Below, one piece after another: positions 1 to 11,220 of a stretch of DNA of 53,490 bases (position 1 is the first letter of the stretch; the number at the start of each line of letters is the position of its first letter). The stretch comes from a virus. The notes beneath the pieces were generated by a model. It ran no database searches. It worked only from the letters and a program-made list of their open reading frames with translations, and was not told the origin of the DNA. A program made the translations under genes and the position numbers. The stretch is taken from the UHGV virus genome UHGV-1366525. The stretch is one strand, 5' to 3'.

Positions 1-1877
1 ATTTTTTTCCAAACATCTGTGAATGTTGCAATACTTGACCAAGCGTTAGTATAGTATGCAACATCTGCAGAGCCGATTACGTATCCTACTCGAAACTCAT
101 TTGTGCCATAAATAGGTACAAACTCTGTTACCATACCCCACTCACTTGAAGAATTAGGTCTGCATACACCACTTGCGGTCATCTTATTTCCAGCTATATA
201 TCCAATTTCTGTAAGATATTCAGGCAGTGAAGTTTTATTAAATGACGTTGTACTAGCATTTATAATGCTAAAGGATAACCTAAGATTGGCTCGAATCTGC
301 ATGTTAATATTGTGTTGATAAACCTGTGCCCAAGCAGGAGTACTATTACCGTTAGAGGTTAGTATTTGTCCGTTAGTACCTTGACTTGTCGGTGCATAAA
401 AATTAGAAGTAAGTTGTGAATTCGTAGTATTAAATGACTGTCCGTTTAATTTCAAATATGGAATAGTACTTACATTCTCCATATACCAAAAATGCATAGT
501 ACCACTATATTGCCCGTGCCTCAAATGATAACGATTATAGGTACCTGCATTAGTAGTAACGGTAAAAGTATACGTACCACCCATAGAGCCACTGAGGGTT
601 ATTTCATAATTACCTTCAATAAACCAATCTTGAATCCAATGAATTGCTCCAGAGGCAAAATTCGTAAATTGTCTTGTACACTGAAGCGTCCCCTGTATCA
701 TATTACCATTAACAGGCAAATCTATAACAAGGTCTGCTGTTCCATTACCATTTTTGCCAAGTAAAATACGTGCAGTACCTTGTGTACCATTCGAAGGACT
801 CTGAATTTTGACCGGTGCTCCAACAAATGGCGTCGATAACATAGCCACCGTACCAGTCAACAAATAAGTCTGTACGCCATCTATAATACAATATGTGGTA
901 GTTGACCTACTGTCTACCCAATTAAGACCACTACTCGTAAGTTCTGCCCCACCGGTAACTACTCCCGCAGAAGGTGACATACCGACTTTTACCATAGAAT
1001 CAGAAATCTGTACACCACTACCACTTGTGTCATCTCTTATAATCAGAGGGTTTACAACTTGTGGATTGACAAAGGTTGCCGTTTTTACAGTAACAGACCA
1101 TTTATTAACCAGAACTGCAGAACTATCTAATGCTGTAATTGTACCTGCTATCAACCATCTACGAGGGTCATCTGAAATCATCGCAAGACAAGTAATATAA
1201 TCCCCAATGACGGGGGCTCTATTAAAACCAGCATTAGTTGCTTTCAGACTTGATATAGTACCAACTATATTCTCAGCAGGTTCTTCTGTAAATTGTGCAG
1301 TAGTTGTAGTGGTCAGGGCATCTTTTCCTGCAGCACCCTGTGGTCCTTGAGGACCTTGAGCACCAACAGGACCCTGAGCACCTATAGCACCATCTGCACC
1401 ATCAGCGCCCGGAGCACCTGTTTCGCCCTTTTGTCCTTGAGGCCCACGAAGATTGCCTGTCTTGATACCAGCAGTATTACTCGTAGAACGAATGACATCA
1501 CCTACAGCGGCAGAGACACCGAGAATGTTTATAGTTGTAGAACCAGCATTAACAAAGGCATCACCAACGATCGCGGTAGAACTATAACCAGATACACTCG
1601 GCACTGCTGTGGTTACGTGCCACGTCTGTGCTCCTCTATCACCTGTGTCACCTTTTGGCCCCTGCTGTCCAGAAGGTCCTGTTGGACCGGTTGCTCCCTG
1701 AGGACCTGTAGCACCTTGCAAACCTTGGGGACCGCGCTCTCCTTGCAAACCTCGTGGCCCCTGTGGACCTGTATCACCTTTTTCGCCCCTTTCACCTTGT
1801 GGGGCGGTGAAAGTACCCATTTCAAGGGTACTTCCATCCGTCATTGTAGCTGTAAGTTTATACTTATTGTCAGCCAT
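1..1877 (-). CDS. collagen-like repeat tail fibre protein (partial; C-terminus beyond window start)
   Basis: Reverse-strand ATG at 1877..1875, RBS-like GGAGAATAG just upstream. By-eye translation [52 protein letters not shown]... gives G-X-Y tracts interrupted by a non-collagen insert homologous to inserts in the neighbouring 987-aa fibre. No complete reverse ORF is listed for 1..1600, which fits a frame open to the window edge. Confidence 0.7.
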   Translation of the reverse strand, partial: MADNKYKLTATMTDGSTLEMGTFTAPQGERGEKGDTGPQGPRGLQGERGPQGLQGATGPQGATGPTGPSGQQGPKGDTGDRGAQTWHVTTAVPSVSGYSSTAIVGDAFVNAGSTTINILGVSAAVGDVIRSTSNTAGIKTGNLRGPQGQKGETGAPGADGADGAIGAQGPVGAQGPQGPQGAAGKDALTTTTTAQFTEEPAENIVGTISSLKATNAGFNRAPVIGDYITCLAMISDDPRRWLIAGTITALDSSAVLVNKWSVTVKTATFVNPQVVNPLIIRDDTSGSGVQISDSMVKVGMSPSAGVVTGGAELTSSGLNWVDSRSTTTYCIIDGVQTYLLTGTVAMLSTPFVGAPVKIQSPSNGTQGTARILLGKNGNGTADLVIDLPVNGNMIQGTLQCTRQFTNFASGAIHWIQDWFIEGNYEITLSGSMGGTYTFTVTTNAGTYNRYHLRHGQYSGTMHFWYMENVSTIPYLKLNGQSFNTTNSQLTSNFYAPTSQGTNGQILTSNGNSTPAWAQVYQHNINMQIRANLRLSFSIINASTTSFNKTSLPEYLTEIGYIAGNKMTASGVCRPNSSSEWGMVTEFVPIYGTNEFRVGYVIGSADVAYYTNAWSSIATFTDVWKK

Positions 1878-1889
1878 ATCTATTCTCCT

Positions 1890-4853
1890 TTAATTACCAC
1901 CTGAAGGTATTTCTAAAATTACAGTAACATCGAAACTATCACCTGTACCATCTTTAACAGTATAAAGGGTAGGATAAGAAATGCCTCCACCTGTATTTGG
2001 ATAATTAGCAAGTTCAATTAAAACTGTTGTGTCATTACCTACAACAGTTCCTATACGTCCATTCTCTTCAGCGCCACCCCATTTATTCTCATCAGTAATA
2101 TAGAAAATATTTGCATTCATCGCCTGTACACCCGGAGAAGCATTCGCTTTACAAGTTATATTATAAACCTTACTCTTATCAGCATTTTGGAATCTAATTA
2201 CTGCAATATCAGGTGAATCTACGATAAACGGAAGAGAGACAAGTTCTATCGCAATGGATGCAATGCCTACACCAGTATCACCTTTGACACCTTGTACTCC
2301 CTGTGGTCCTGTCGGTCCGGCCGGTCCTTGAGGACCTGTGTCACCTGGGTCTCCCTTATCACCTTTAAGACCTTGTGGCCCTTGTGAACCTGTATCACCT
2401 TTTAACCCTTGAGGCCCTTGTTCACCTTGCTCACCTTGAGGACCGACAGGACCAATCTCTCCTTGGGGACCAACAGGACCAGTAGGACCTTCTGGTCCTT
2501 GAGCACCAGTGTCACCTTTCAATCCTTGGGCACCTTGAGGACCTCTAATATTACCCACCTTTGCGCCCATAGGTGCAGTAGTTTTTTGATATTGAACAAC
2601 ATCACCTAAAACCGTACTGACACCAAAAATTGTAAGACCTGCTACGGCTGCAACAACATAGTCATTTAAAATAATGCCCGGAACATCTGTAACACTCGTA
2701 ACATTCTCTGTTGCAAAGAAATATTCTGTTCCACGTTCACCAGTATCACCTTTTGGTCCTTGAGCGCCTGTATCACCTTTGAGACCTTGAACACCCTGTG
2801 GTCCCTGAGGTCCCTGTTCACCTGTGTCACCTTTAAGACCTTGAGGACCTTGTTCGCCCTGCTCTCCCTGTGGACCAACAGGACCTTGAATACCTTGCAA
2901 TCCTTGTGGACCTTGAGGACCTATATCGCCTTTTGGTCCTTGAAGAGGTCCATGATTCACCCATGTATAATTCCCACCATATAACTCACAAACATAGATG
3001 TCATATGGCTCAGTTGCTCCAACAGAAAAGGCGTGTCCTACAAGAGAGACATCTGCAGCGGGCAAGGAAGAAGAGGCATCTACATGCTCAGAAATAGAGA
3101 ATGATTGACCATCATCGCCTTTATCTCCCTTGTCACCTTTCGGTCCTTGAACACCCTGTGCACCAGCAGGTCCCTGAGCACCTGTATCACCTTTGATACC
3201 TTGAATACCTTGAGGACCTTGCTCGCCTTTCAAACCCTGCGGTCCTTGCGCACCAGCGGGTCCCTGTGGACCTTGAGCACCATCCGCACCTTTTGGCCCC
3301 TGTGGTCCTGTATCACCTTTAGGACCGGCAGGACCGGCGGGACCGGCGGGACCGGTATCACCAGTATCACCTTTAGGACCAGCAGGACCCTGTACTCCAG
3401 CAGGACCTGTGGCACCTGTCTCACCTTTTGGGCCTGTAGGACCTGTCGCACCTGTCTCACCTTTTACACCTTGTAAACCTTGTGGTCCTTGAGGACCTGT
3501 CTCACCTTGCAAGCCTTGAGGCCCTTGTTCACCTGGTTCACCTTTATCACCCTTTTCGCCTTGAATACCTTGCGGTCCTTGAGGCCCTTGAGCACCGGCC
3601 GGTCCCTGAGCACCCGTGTCACCTTTGAGACCTTGTGGTCCTTGCTCACCCGGGTCACCTTTAAGACCAACTGCGCCTGCGTCACCTTTATCACCTTTAG
3701 GACCTTGAATACCTTGCGGACCCTGTTCACCTTGCGGACCAACCGCACCCTGCAATCCTTGTGGTCCCTGAGGACCTGTTGGTCCCATAGGCCCCTCTGG
3801 ACCAGTTTGTCCTCTCGGTCCTTCCGGACCAGGAGCTCCTTGTGGCCCTTGAGGACCTGTCGCACCTGTATCACCTTTCAGACCCTGTGCACCTCTTACA
3901 CCTTGAGGACCTTCCGGACCTGTCTGTCCTTGAATACCTTGCAGACCTTGAGGTCCCTGTGGACCTGCCACACCTCTTGGACCTTCTGGACCTTGAGGAC
4001 CGGCTACACCAGCAGGCCCCTGTTCGCCTTTTGGACCTTGAGGACCTGCAGGACCTTCGCCAGCAATCAACTGCCACAAAGGAGAAGTCTTACTCGGTGT
4101 AACACCTTGTGTACCATCTGTCGTACAGACAAAAGATTCATTGTCATACGAGCAAGAGTCGAGCCTATTGTAGACACGAGTTGGGCTATAATCACCTGTG
4201 GGATTAAGTTCAGTATAACCTGTAGGACCTTCAGGACCAGGCTCGCCTTGTGGTCCCTGTGGACCCATAGGACCTTGAGGACCTGTATCACCCTTGTCAC
4301 CTTTGTCACCTTTGGGACCTACAGTACTACTATCGACAGGAATAAAATAAGGCACGGCAGAAGAACCTTCAGGAGTAACGACGATACCGTCAACAACTTC
4401 AAGTTGCCTCGTCCAAATACGACCATTCGCGAGGAGAACTTCTGTCAAGACATAGTTAAGGTCGTTTACCCATGTTGATACACCTTCAAGAAGAGCACCT
4501 GTTACGGTGATATATTCATTTTCACCATCAGGTACAATCTTATCTACAACAGTATTTGTATAGTTATAATACCAAATATTCGGTGTCTTTGTACCATCAA
4601 CACCATCATAAGTTATCCCATCAGGTATTGTACCAAGCACATTAACCTTATTGACGAAACGGTCCATGAGAGAAGGACTCGCCGAAACAATCTGGTCTTT
4701 AACTACAAAATCGGCAGGATTAAAACCTGCCATACCTACCTTATTAACATCTGCGACAGGAGCAAACAAGTTATACTTATCTTTTTGCATCACTACGCCA
4801 GACGCAGGGTTATAAGGAATTATACTTCTTTCTACAACATTCTTATCTGGCAT
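1890..4853 (-). CDS. collagen-like repeat tail fibre protein (987 aa)
   Basis: ORF track. Long G-X-Y tracts (GPQGPQG, GEQGPQG, KGDTG) in about seven blocks, separated by globular inserts, with non-collagen N- and C-terminal domains. RBS AGGGAGG upstream. Start overlaps the stop of the upstream gene. Confidence 0.85.
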   Translation of the reverse strand: MPDKNVVERSIIPYNPASGVVMQKDKYNLFAPVADVNKVGMAGFNPADFVVKDQIVSASPSLMDRFVNKVNVLGTIPDGITYDGVDGTKTPNIWYYNYTNTVVDKIVPDGENEYITVTGALLEGVSTWVNDLNYVLTEVLLANGRIWTRQLEVVDGIVVTPEGSSAVPYFIPVDSSTVGPKGDKGDKGDTGPQGPMGPQGPQGEPGPEGPTGYTELNPTGDYSPTRVYNRLDSCSYDNESFVCTTDGTQGVTPSKTSPLWQLIAGEGPAGPQGPKGEQGPAGVAGPQGPEGPRGVAGPQGPQGLQGIQGQTGPEGPQGVRGAQGLKGDTGATGPQGPQGAPGPEGPRGQTGPEGPMGPTGPQGPQGLQGAVGPQGEQGPQGIQGPKGDKGDAGAVGLKGDPGEQGPQGLKGDTGAQGPAGAQGPQGPQGIQGEKGDKGEPGEQGPQGLQGETGPQGPQGLQGVKGETGATGPTGPKGETGATGPAGVQGPAGPKGDTGDTGPAGPAGPAGPKGDTGPQGPKGADGAQGPQGPAGAQGPQGLKGEQGPQGIQGIKGDTGAQGPAGAQGVQGPKGDKGDKGDDGQSFSISEHVDASSSLPAADVSLVGHAFSVGATEPYDIYVCELYGGNYTWVNHGPLQGPKGDIGPQGPQGLQGIQGPVGPQGEQGEQGPQGLKGDTGEQGPQGPQGVQGLKGDTGAQGPKGDTGERGTEYFFATENVTSVTDVPGIILNDYVVAAVAGLTIFGVSTVLGDVVQYQKTTAPMGAKVGNIRGPQGAQGLKGDTGAQGPEGPTGPVGPQGEIGPVGPQGEQGEQGPQGLKGDTGSQGPQGLKGDKGDPGDTGPQGPAGPTGPQGVQGVKGDTGVGIASIAIELVSLPFIVDSPDIAVIRFQNADKSKVYNITCKANASPGVQAMNANIFYITDENKWGGAEENGRIGTVVGNDTTVLIELANYPNTGGGISYPTLYTVKDGTGDSFDVTVILEIPSGGN

Positions 4854-6045
4854 TTGTCACGCCTCCCTGTATATTTGCACTTACAAATAATTTTTTAGGT
4901 TCAAGTATAATTGACTTAGTATCATAAGTAGGCATAATCGGCATACCCGAGTCATACAATTCTTGCATCTCTTTTCTAACTCGCCAGTCACTTATGAGTT
5001 TAATCTGTTCTTGCAGCTCAGCATCTGTCCAAGGAAGTTCAGGCACATCGTCACCTTCCGACAACAAGATACCATACACATGTTCTGCAACAGATTCACC
5101 TGCAAGGACTTTCGCATCATACAAATAAGTCTGTTCAGTCCAATCTTTCGTGTTAAATTGTTTAACTACCCGGAAGTTATAATCGTACCACTTATACTCA
5201 CCCTTGGCCGCAGGCGCATATCTCATGACATTGTGTGCTCTCTGCCAGTCAGAACTATTTGGAATAGACTCGCGTGTACCATTAGGATTTATAACATAAT
5301 AAATCGTATTATCATAGATACAAGTTTGACCCGCAGCATATGGCTGTCTCAACTCTTCAAATGTACGATATACCTCATCATACTGTAAATCATAAGTACC
5401 TTCATCTGTTATCATTTTAAGCCATTGTGTAGCAGTATCTGAAGGTTCTTCTGTAGGACTATCTTGTAGAGCCGCCCATACAGCATTATTATGGACGCAT
5501 GTGAATCCCCGCATTATATTTATACCGGGCGTATATTTTGGCGTGATAGGAAAACGATACACAGTAAGAATAGCCTCAGGCCAACAATATTTATACTGTC
5601 TATTACCATCATTATTAGAATCGGTATAGAACAAGTAATTACCTACAAAAAAGTCAGAAGTAGCGCTATCATTCATCTGTCCGCCTGCTTGATAGCCATA
5701 AAGACTAAGTGCCTCTGTGACACTGAAAGTCGAAAGATACAAGGCTTCTGTCTCAATAAACTTCTTACGCGGGCCTATCGACACAACTTTACCTGTTTTA
5801 TCCTCTTTCCATTCATTCGACAAATCAAGCCACCATGTCGTCCTAAAATCACCTTCTTGCTCATATCTTGCGGCGCTAACAGTGATTGCAAGATATGGAT
5901 TATCCCAGCCAATAAAGAGCATATAAGGGTCGCCTTTCTCATTCGTCACCTCAAAGTCAAGTGACCATGTCTCTCCTCGCTGGATATAAACATCATCTCC
6001 AACAGTTCTCATACTCACTCCTTGTCGGCCGTAATACCTGTACAT
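4843..6045 (-). CDS. hypothetical virion or tail protein (400 aa)
   Basis: ORF track. Sits in an operon with the fibre genes, with an overlapping start/stop. Confidence 0.7.
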   Translation of the reverse strand: MYRYYGRQGVSMRTVGDDVYIQRGETWSLDFEVTNEKGDPYMLFIGWDNPYLAITVSAARYEQEGDFRTTWWLDLSNEWKEDKTGKVVSIGPRKKFIETEALYLSTFSVTEALSLYGYQAGGQMNDSATSDFFVGNYLFYTDSNNDGNRQYKYCWPEAILTVYRFPITPKYTPGINIMRGFTCVHNNAVWAALQDSPTEEPSDTATQWLKMITDEGTYDLQYDEVYRTFEELRQPYAAGQTCIYDNTIYYVINPNGTRESIPNSSDWQRAHNVMRYAPAAKGEYKWYDYNFRVVKQFNTKDWTEQTYLYDAKVLAGESVAEHVYGILLSEGDDVPELPWTDAELQEQIKLISDWRVRKEMQELYDSGMPIMPTYDTKSIILEPKKLFVSANIQGGVTNAR

Positions 6046-6335
6046 ACCTCATACAGAACTTGCAAACCTTTCTGATGTTTTAACTCTTCTGCGATATATT
6101 CTTTTGTTTTCTCAATGCACAATTTTATAAACTTTTTATCGGCAGCAGCGGTCGGAGTAGGCTCATCTTTTTGTGTCTCCGGATTCCATGTTGTGAACAA
6201 ATAGCCTGCAGACAAAAGGTCATTCAGATTGTTTAGCATCTTTTGATAACCAGAGATAGCCTCAGCCTCATCTTCAAGATTCTCTTGTAGCCAAGATGCA
6301 ATCATCCCGAGCTTATTTTTATCTAACTTTGCCAT
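6015..6335 (-). CDS. hypothetical protein (106 aa)
   Basis: ORF track. Lies between the portal candidate and the 400-aa gene. Confidence 0.55.
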   Translation of the reverse strand: MAKLDKNKLGMIASWLQENLEDEAEAISGYQKMLNNLNDLLSAGYLFTTWNPETQKDEPTPTAAADKKFIKLCIEKTKEYIAEELKHQKGLQVLYEVCTGITADKE

Positions 6336-8398
6336 TATCTATTACCTCCACTTAATTGTACTTGTTGTTGCACAGAAGTTCTCTCTGTCTCGGCTGAGTT
6401 CTTCTGATTTGTCTTATCCACATTTGCTGCATGTGTCTGCCCATTACCTTCAGGCCCGGAATTAGGTCTTGCCCCTCCTTGCCCGCTACTTTGCTGAGTG
6501 AGGGCTGCTGCCTGCTGCAAAATTTGCGGATTCTGCAAGAGGGCTTGCTCAAGGTCAGCAGGAATATGAGCAGATGCTTCTTGAATACCAGCGAGAGCCA
6601 TTTTTGACAGGGGGTATTGCATTTCATCCATAATATTCCAATACAGCTCAAGAACTCTCGGGTCTTGTGGATTGCCGAATGTCCCCATTGTGAATTGCTG
6701 CAGAGCTTCTTGCCACATCTGCACACGATTATTAGAGAGTGTGGCCGCCGGGTCAGTTGAGAAGGCAAAATCGTCTGCATAGTACAAGTTGCCCCATTTA
6801 TCTTTACGGAGGAACATGTACTTATTCCACAACATTTCTTCTTTCTGACCGTTGGGCAAGACTTTCACGAATCTGCGTGTCTCATCAGAGAATGCTAAGA
6901 GATACTTGAACATAAGCTCATAGACACCAGCAAATGCTGCGCTCTTCATCACACGCAAGGACTCAAGACGTCCCGCACTCTGTAAGGCAGAAATCTCTTT
7001 TGCTTTACCAGAAGTAGCCGTAGAATCTGTCTGACCTTGATAAGCTTGTGTAACACCGGAAGATGCTCTTGCACTCTCATAGAACAATTGTGCCGCGGCA
7101 ATATCCTGTGAGACATCGGCGAGTACTTGCTTAGACTGCACCATCTGTGCCTCTTCTGTCGTACGTACGCCCATAATCTTAAAAGTCTCATCCTCACTGT
7201 TCATCTTCATCTTTTGAGGCTTGGTAACCACAGTGCCAGACTTTAAGATTTTATCTTCTACTTTTGTGAGTATCTTATTGACAGAATCTTGCATCTCAAG
7301 CAAGATACCTACTTCAGAAATCCCATAAATTGTTTCCAAGGATGACACAGCCGGACGCGGAACAAAGGGAAGTTGCCGAATCTGATAGAACGGAACCTCT
7401 GTGCCTGCCTCGAGAAATGTCACTACCTCTGCGTTGTTGGTCGGGTCATCTGTCTCACCCTCGGCATAAGGATTTCTCAACAACTGTAAATCTTCTTCAA
7501 GAATCTCAGTCGTTGCATTCTCATAGTGAAAGTGTGTATTGCCACAATTCCTACAGACATCACCGATTGGATTCACCGTGCCACAGGCAGTACATTTACG
7601 AAGTTTGCGAATCTGCCAGTCATCGTCCCATGCAATTACTTGTCGCGACTGAGATGCATACATAAATCTGCCGATAACGCCATTCTCATTTCTATAATAA
7701 TAAGAAATGACCTCAGTCGTATTATTACCTGTGTTAATAGGAATTATGAGCCTGTGGTACAAATCATAGATTCTCGAGAGGCTCATCTCCGAGCGCTCAA
7801 ACCCATAGTTCATTATTCTATAATCTGTGCACCCGGGCTCGGGAATAAACTGGTCAGCGAGGAGACACTCTACTCTAAGGTCACCAGAACGCTCATAAGT
7901 ATTATCTAAGGAGTCCCAACAGATTTTATACCAAGAGGTGCCATCAATGTACGTCGCTCTCTCGGAACGGTCGTTCTCTTGTTCTGTCAGCATTCTGTCT
8001 ATCTCAAACTTCAGATAGTTCTCAGTCACATCAACAAGAGGGAGGTCCTCTTTCCGTCGCGGGGACAAACGAGGCATGGGAATAGAGTTATCAACAGTAG
8101 ACTCTATCAGCTCATATATCATCTTCCGCAAAGAAATAGACTTCCGCTTTGATTCTTTGCCAGTATCTCTGTCAAGCGCATTCAGCGTGCCGAGATAAGC
8201 TTTCCGCCACTTCCGCAAATTCTCTGGCGACACATAGGATATGCCCTCTTGATATGAAGAAGCGATGGCATAGAGAGCTGCTACCTTCTCTACCATAGCT
8301 TGTTCTTTCGGCGTGTTCTGATACCTATGGTCGATATTCCATTGTAGGTATAAATCTATTCTATCCATGCTTTTCCTCACTTTATTACACTCTATCAA
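6335..8398 (-). CDS. putative portal protein (687 aa)
   Basis: Assigned by position (first large gene after the large terminase) and by size. Contains a CxxC...CxxC insert (CTACGTVNPIGDVCRNCGN). No diagnostic motif was verified. Confidence 0.5.
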   Translation of the reverse strand: MIECNKVRKSMDRIDLYLQWNIDHRYQNTPKEQAMVEKVAALYAIASSYQEGISYVSPENLRKWRKAYLGTLNALDRDTGKESKRKSISLRKMIYELIESTVDNSIPMPRLSPRRKEDLPLVDVTENYLKFEIDRMLTEQENDRSERATYIDGTSWYKICWDSLDNTYERSGDLRVECLLADQFIPEPGCTDYRIMNYGFERSEMSLSRIYDLYHRLIIPINTGNNTTEVISYYYRNENGVIGRFMYASQSRQVIAWDDDWQIRKLRKCTACGTVNPIGDVCRNCGNTHFHYENATTEILEEDLQLLRNPYAEGETDDPTNNAEVVTFLEAGTEVPFYQIRQLPFVPRPAVSSLETIYGISEVGILLEMQDSVNKILTKVEDKILKSGTVVTKPQKMKMNSEDETFKIMGVRTTEEAQMVQSKQVLADVSQDIAAAQLFYESARASSGVTQAYQGQTDSTATSGKAKEISALQSAGRLESLRVMKSAAFAGVYELMFKYLLAFSDETRRFVKVLPNGQKEEMLWNKYMFLRKDKWGNLYYADDFAFSTDPAATLSNNRVQMWQEALQQFTMGTFGNPQDPRVLELYWNIMDEMQYPLSKMALAGIQEASAHIPADLEQALLQNPQILQQAAALTQQSSGQGGARPNSGPEGNGQTHAANVDKTNQKNSAETERTSVQQQVQLSGGNR

Positions 8399-8418
8399 TT
8401 ATCTTATACGGATATATC

Positions 8419-8433
8419 AGTTTTATACGACAA
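8419..8433 (-). promoter_or_regulatory. conserved motif TTGTCGTATAAAACT upstream of the portal gene (candidate late promoter, TATAAA-type -10)
   Basis: 13 of 14 nt match a second copy at 11208..11220, both 20-50 nt upstream of minus-strand late gene starts. TATAAAA resembles -10-only late promoters. Confidence 0.35.
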
Positions 8434-8504
8434 AATTACCGTCTTTCTGACTGTCACTTTTAAGGAAAATCCCGAAAGAAATCATCTCAAAATATCGTGA
8501 ATAT

Positions 8505-8594
8505 GGATTTTAAGATATGATAGAGAGGAATTAAATATCCTCTTGAGATAATATTCACGGGAGAATATCATCCCTCTATTATATCTTAAAATCC
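8505..8594. repeat. palindromic hairpin element, copy 1 (arms GGATTTTAAGATATGATAGAGAGG / CCCTCTATTATATCTTAAAATCC)
   Basis: Inverted arms of 23-24 bp around a ~43-nt spacer that has its own internal pairing (CGTGAATAT / ATATTCACG). Intergenic, between the TerL stop and the portal start. Confidence 0.8.
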
Positions 8595-8617
8595 TTTCCG
8601 GTATATAATGACAAAAG

Positions 8618-10282
8618 TTATTCTCTCCATTCTTCTGGTGCTCCGTATGTCTGAATAAATTTTGCTTGTGCCTCTGCCGACATCTGCTCAAAGTCCTCCC
8701 ACATATCCGGATACCAATGAGTATAACGTATGAACCTACGCTCAGCCTTGGGTGTTTCCCCTGTGATTAGCTTGATTAGGCGGATTACACCTTGGCTGCA
8801 TTCGTCCACCATGTCATCATGTTTCCCATACGGGAATGACCTAAACTGTGTTATGACCTTGTCTCGCGGGGACAAAGTGGTCTGCATATACCAGTCGACA
8901 TCTTCTGCAGGCAGGTCATCTGCAATGTAATAATGCCCCGCTGTGACAAATGGAGAAATCGCGGAGGCTCGGGAGACCTTACCGCCCATAGGATTTACCG
9001 ACACAACGGGAGGAATAGAAGGGATATAGCGTAAGGTATCTGCAATTGCTGGCCCATTCGCTTTATCCTCTATGACCATCTCGTCAATCTCCGGAAACTC
9101 CTCAGCGAACCACTTTATTTTCTCTAATGTCTCTGTGAAGGTTAGACGCTTATTCACCTGATGATAGAGGTATATATCGCCTTCATAAATACCTCTCAGC
9201 CCCATCGCCACAAAGTCGTTTTCTTCTGTGCCCTTAAATGTCGCGTCAATAGATAACTGAAGATACTCAAACTTCTTACGGGCTTTAATCTCTTGCGGTG
9301 AGAGATGCGGAATATCTCGTTCTAACACGAAGTCTGTTCGGTGAAATTGACGGAATGTGGTTGCGTCAAATAAGTTGCCGGTAGCACCTGTGGGCCGTCC
9401 TTGATACAAGGAGTTCCACACACGCTCACCCTCAGCGGCTCGCACAACCATTTTCTTTGATTTTAGCCACTCATTGTCGTTACAAATTTTCTGTGGCAGA
9501 AGAGGGTCTCCAAGATGTGGGCCCATCAGAGAGTCTCCAAGGTGACGACCTAAAGGGTCAGGCCCTTCATTGGCGGCTACCTCGTCATACTCACAAGGGA
9601 GGTTAATATCTTTCCATATGAACTCTGACCAATTATCCTTAATAAACCCGACGACGTCGTTCTCTACCCACCTTGTCTGTATTACAATCAGCTTCCCATG
9701 CGGATAAATACGACTCTGCACAGATGGCCCCATCTCGGCAAGAATCTTCTTTATAATAACCTCGCTAGATGCCTCAGCAGCATTCTTGATAGGGTCATCA
9801 ATGATAAATAGCTCAGCACCAAAGCCTGTAATACCGGCATCCAAGCCAGCCGCACGACATTTACCGCCTTTCTCTGTTGCCCACAGCTCAGCTCTCTGCA
9901 GATTCTTATCCGGGCCTACATGCCAGATTAACGGAGCTAATCGATTAAACTTATCACGACAAGACTTAGAGAACCCTTCGGCAAAAGTGCTCTGATATGA
10001 GCATAAGATGACCTCACCTCTCGGATTGTTACCAAGAAACCATGCCGGTAAGGTCTCCGTCAACATATACGTCTTACCATGTCTCGGTGGAACAGACAAG
10101 AGCAATATATCAAACGCGTTCTCTGTCTTTGCTGACATAAACTCCTGTACTTGCTCTGTGACGTATTTGTGAAAATGTGTCATGCAAAAGCCTTCGTTGG
10201 CAAACTCAACGAAGGCCGGATATGAGCGCATAAGCTCTCTTCTTTTTAATTCTCCCTTTACACCTACAAAGACGTCACTCAT
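8618..10282 (-). CDS. terL: terminase large subunit (554 aa)
   Basis: Walker-A-like PRHGKTYML, Walker-B-like IIDDPIK, C-terminal nuclease-like acidic residues. Position upstream of the portal. Confidence 0.85.
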   Translation of the reverse strand: MSDVFVGVKGELKRRELMRSYPAFVEFANEGFCMTHFHKYVTEQVQEFMSAKTENAFDILLLSVPPRHGKTYMLTETLPAWFLGNNPRGEVILCSYQSTFAEGFSKSCRDKFNRLAPLIWHVGPDKNLQRAELWATEKGGKCRAAGLDAGITGFGAELFIIDDPIKNAAEASSEVIIKKILAEMGPSVQSRIYPHGKLIVIQTRWVENDVVGFIKDNWSEFIWKDINLPCEYDEVAANEGPDPLGRHLGDSLMGPHLGDPLLPQKICNDNEWLKSKKMVVRAAEGERVWNSLYQGRPTGATGNLFDATTFRQFHRTDFVLERDIPHLSPQEIKARKKFEYLQLSIDATFKGTEENDFVAMGLRGIYEGDIYLYHQVNKRLTFTETLEKIKWFAEEFPEIDEMVIEDKANGPAIADTLRYIPSIPPVVSVNPMGGKVSRASAISPFVTAGHYYIADDLPAEDVDWYMQTTLSPRDKVITQFRSFPYGKHDDMVDECSQGVIRLIKLITGETPKAERRFIRYTHWYPDMWEDFEQMSAEAQAKFIQTYGAPEEWRE

Positions 10283-10454
10283 GACTGAATCTCACTTTTC
10301 GTTTATTATCTTCTATAACGTCTGGACTAATTGTCATAGGCTTTTGTGGTGTATTGCTATTATCTTTTATGACAGAGGCTTTCTTGATTATAACCTCATT
10401 ACTCAGACGTATTCTATCTACCGTTCCGCTATTCGCAGTTGACATGTCACTCAT
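10275..10454 (-). CDS. small hypothetical protein (59 aa, below the ORF-track cutoff)
   Basis: Read by eye: AGGAGG then ATG, MSDMSTANSGTVDRIRLSNEV..., stop overlapping the TerL start by 8 nt. Confidence 0.4.
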   Translation of the reverse strand: MSDMSTANSGTVDRIRLSNEVIIKKASVIKDNSNTPQKPMTISPDVIEDNKRKVRFSHE

Positions 10455-10475
10455 AATACCTCCTTGATGTTGCAG

Positions 10476-10670
10476 CTATTCGCGTCCCTTAGAAGGAGAC
10501 CAATCAGGTAACTCCCATGTCGGCTTCCAATTTGGGTCATACAACGGGTCCTCATATTTCGACGGCGGCTGGGAATCTTTTTCCTTCTTATCACATGCCG
10601 ACATAGGAACAAGAAAGAGGAAGGCCAGGGCTATTAGGAGAATGCTACATATCTTCTTTATATGGCGCAT
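10476..10670 (-). CDS. small secreted lipoprotein (signal peptide plus lipobox, Pro-rich ~40-aa mature part)
   Basis: Internal start MRHIKKICSILLIALAFLFLVPMSAC with GAGGT RBS. Lipobox-like MSAC, then DKKEKDSQPPSKYEDPLYDPNWKPTWELPDWSPSKGRE. Confidence 0.55.
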   Translation of the reverse strand: MRHIKKICSILLIALAFLFLVPMSACDKKEKDSQPPSKYEDPLYDPNWKPTWELPDWSPSKGRE

Positions 10671-11172
10671 ATTGTACCTCATCTTCTTTTGTGTCTGGCA
10701 TGCGAGGAATAGAGGTATCAGGCAGCGCTTGAGCAGAGTGATAGCCATCTAAGGCTTTTTGCATAACCTCGAGCTCCTCGTCAGTCAGCGACTCTAAGGG
10801 ATTAGTTACTTGTATCTGCTGTTTTGTTTCATCTATTGGTTTTGCTCCGATGCTATCCCGACGTGCAATATAAGATGAGGCATTATGTCTTGCATAATAA
10901 GACTGACAGCCCTCCATCATTTCACCTTCTGTTGGCAGACGCGATAATCCTTCTGCGCGGAGTTCTTCACACAGCTGCTCATATACGGCCTTCTCGATGA
11001 GATACTCCGGCGCGGGTACGTTATTTTTGTCATAGATAGGAACAGGAGGCAAAGCAGGTCGAGCCCATCTATCGACAATATTTTGTGACCAAGCAGCTCT
11101 CGCCCTCTTCGGGTCCTTAAAAATAACCTCAAATTCACGTTGGTCTCGCAACATCTTGTTCGTAATTTCCAT
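10645..11172 (-). CDS. hypothetical protein (175 aa); possible terminase small subunit by position only
   Basis: First gene of the minus-strand packaging block, upstream of terL. RBS GAGGTG. No motif verified. Confidence 0.6.
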   Translation of the reverse strand: MEITNKMLRDQREFEVIFKDPKRARAAWSQNIVDRWARPALPPVPIYDKNNVPAPEYLIEKAVYEQLCEELRAEGLSRLPTEGEMMEGCQSYYARHNASSYIARRDSIGAKPIDETKQQIQVTNPLESLTDEELEVMQKALDGYHSAQALPDTSIPRMPDTKEDEVQYAPYKEDM

Positions 11173-11207
11173 TTTATCACCTCATTCTATTTTATGAAAA
11201 ATTTTGA

Positions 11208-11220
11208 AATTTTATACGAC
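11208..11220 (-). promoter_or_regulatory. conserved motif TTGTCGTATAAAAT upstream of the first late-block gene
   Basis: Second copy of the motif seen at 8421..8433, about 35 nt upstream of the ATG at 11172. Confidence 0.35.

Noticed and set aside
492-4478. Plus-strand ORFs (492..764, 895..1200, 1293..1904, 2409.., 2760.., 3105..3476, 3480..4478 and others) inside the collagen-like fibre genes
   Set aside because: They are antisense to strongly supported minus-strand G-X-Y genes. They are products of the triplet-repeat composition (LRT/LWS-type repeats), have no RBS, and the minus-strand genes have SD sites and overlapping starts and stops.
8482-8691. 69-aa minus ORF spanning hairpin element copy 1
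   Set aside because: It overlaps the conserved non-coding palindrome and the TerL stop. It has no RBS and is most likely spurious.
10917-11180. 87-aa minus ORF in an alternative frame of the 10645..11172 gene
   Set aside because: It is fully nested in a longer ORF that has an RBS, and its translation is Arg/Cys-rich nonsense.
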